DNA from: Promethearchaeati archaeon
Lineage (GTDB): Archaea; Asgardarchaeota; Heimdallarchaeia; JABLTI01
Direction of reading: 5' to 3'
Assembly (NCBI GenBank): GCA_013166835.1
Contig: JABLTI010000028.1
Coordinates: 1 to 27,523, forward strand
Length of the DNA stretch: 27,523 nt
The position numbers and the translations under genes are program-made. Under the pieces are notes generated by a model, which saw only the letters and a program-made list of their open reading frames with translations, ran no database searches and was not told the DNA's origin. Shown here piece after piece: positions 26,826-27,523 of this stretch (positions within the stretch are counted from its first letter, which is position 1; each line of letters begins with the position of its first letter).

Positions 26826-27185
26826 ATGGGAAAAATCCTCCTTGTTGAAGATGATAATACTATTAGAACATTATTTAGAAAAATACTCGTTGCAAATGGG
26901 TATGAAGTTATCGAAGCTACAAACGGAGAGGAGGCCCTTAAACTTTACGAGGAGTTAAAAGAAAAACCAGAACTCATAATTCTTGATCACTTAATGCCAA
27001 AAAAGAGTGGACTAGAAGTCACTCAAGAATTACTAAAACGTTATTCACATGATAAAATCCTCATAATTACAGGTCATCCTGGCATTGAATTAGATTGTTT
27101 CCCTAATGAAACTATCAGATTGAAATTAAAACCAATTAGTGTTAATGATTTTCTCTCTGAGATTCAAAGCATGGTGCAGACTTGA
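26826..27185 (+). CDS. Stand-alone response regulator receiver (CheY-like) protein
   Basis: ILLVEDD, phospho-acceptor ILDHLMPKKSG, IITG and KP conserved. AGGTG RBS upstream. Confidence 0.92.
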   Translation: MGKILLVEDDNTIRTLFRKILVANGYEVIEATNGEEALKLYEELKEKPELIILDHLMPKKSGLEVTQELLKRYSHDKILIITGHPGIELDCFPNETIRLKLKPISVNDFLSEIQSMVQT

Positions 27186-27297
27186 ATTAATGAGAAGCAA
27201 AAGAAAAATTAGAAGTAAAATAAAAAAAATCCAACGTGAATTATAACTTACAAGAAGTTACAATTCAGCTAGGAATGATTTTAAGACATTAGTTTGA

Positions 27298-27456
27298 CTA
27301 ATATCTTCTTGGTTTTCGTTTTCTGTAACAATCTTGACAGTAAACTGGTCTTTCGCCATCTGGTTTGAAGGGTACTTCAGTTTCTTGACCGCAATCTGCG
27401 CAAGTTACCTTGTGCATCTCTCTTGGTGGTCTGTCGTAGTTACCGTATCTACTCAT
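27298..27456 (-). CDS. CxxC-x17-CxxC domain small zinc-ribbon protein (52 aa)
   Basis: Manual translation MSRYGNYDRPPREMHKVTCADCGQETEVPFKPDGERPVYCQDCYRKRKPRRY, with exactly 17 residues between the CxxC pairs. GGTGA RBS at 27466-27470. Not in the ORF track. Confidence 0.93.
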   Translation of the reverse strand: MSRYGNYDRPPREMHKVTCADCGQETEVPFKPDGERPVYCQDCYRKRKPRRY

Positions 27457-27523
27457 TTTATATTTTCACCAAATATTTGTGTTATACATACTCAACAGAA
27501 AATAAGTTTAAAGATTATATTTT

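Noticed and set aside
26594-26958. ORF-track entries 26594-26827 (-) and 26683-26958 (+)
   Set aside because: No recognisable motifs. They run through the terminator hairpin and overlap the better-supported micro-peptide and receiver genes.

Overview
AT-rich archaeal chromosome segment, most consistent with an Asgard archaeon of the Heimdallarchaeia type. This is an inference from archaeal L14e, Cbf5, Cmk and PheS/PheT, GGTGA/GGAG ribosome-binding sites, a PlsY homolog, C-terminally anchored surface proteins and a large Lrp/AsnC-like regulator. The left end holds the housekeeping cmk-rpl14e-cbf5 cluster and a tail-to-tail pheS/pheT pair. The middle is a mix of metabolic and accessory genes: a URO-D-family protein, an ArsR-like regulator, three paralogous metal-binding TIM-barrel proteins, an orphan ThiB, an APH kinase, a ferredoxin/3-beta-HSD-like/PlsY run, an MFS pump, a GNAT, a methyltransferase, three tandem TIGR04076-like genes, an NTF2-like protein and an isochorismatase. 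The most striking item is at the right end and is missing from the ORF track: a 46-aa secreted micro-peptide gene (26525-26665; signal peptide plus DPTLTPNPPEDDGGG) with its own RBS and a strong terminator. It is transcribed divergently from a 593-aa HTH/AsnC-like regulator with a possible degenerate zincin-like N-terminal domain, which is followed by a beta-propeller surface protein. This is a candidate peptide-signalling (quorum-sensing-like) module in an archaeon. The ORF track also missed the 5' part of cbf5 (1-326) and a CxxC-x17-CxxC protein (27298-27456). No CRISPR array, tRNA, rRNA or mobile element was seen.
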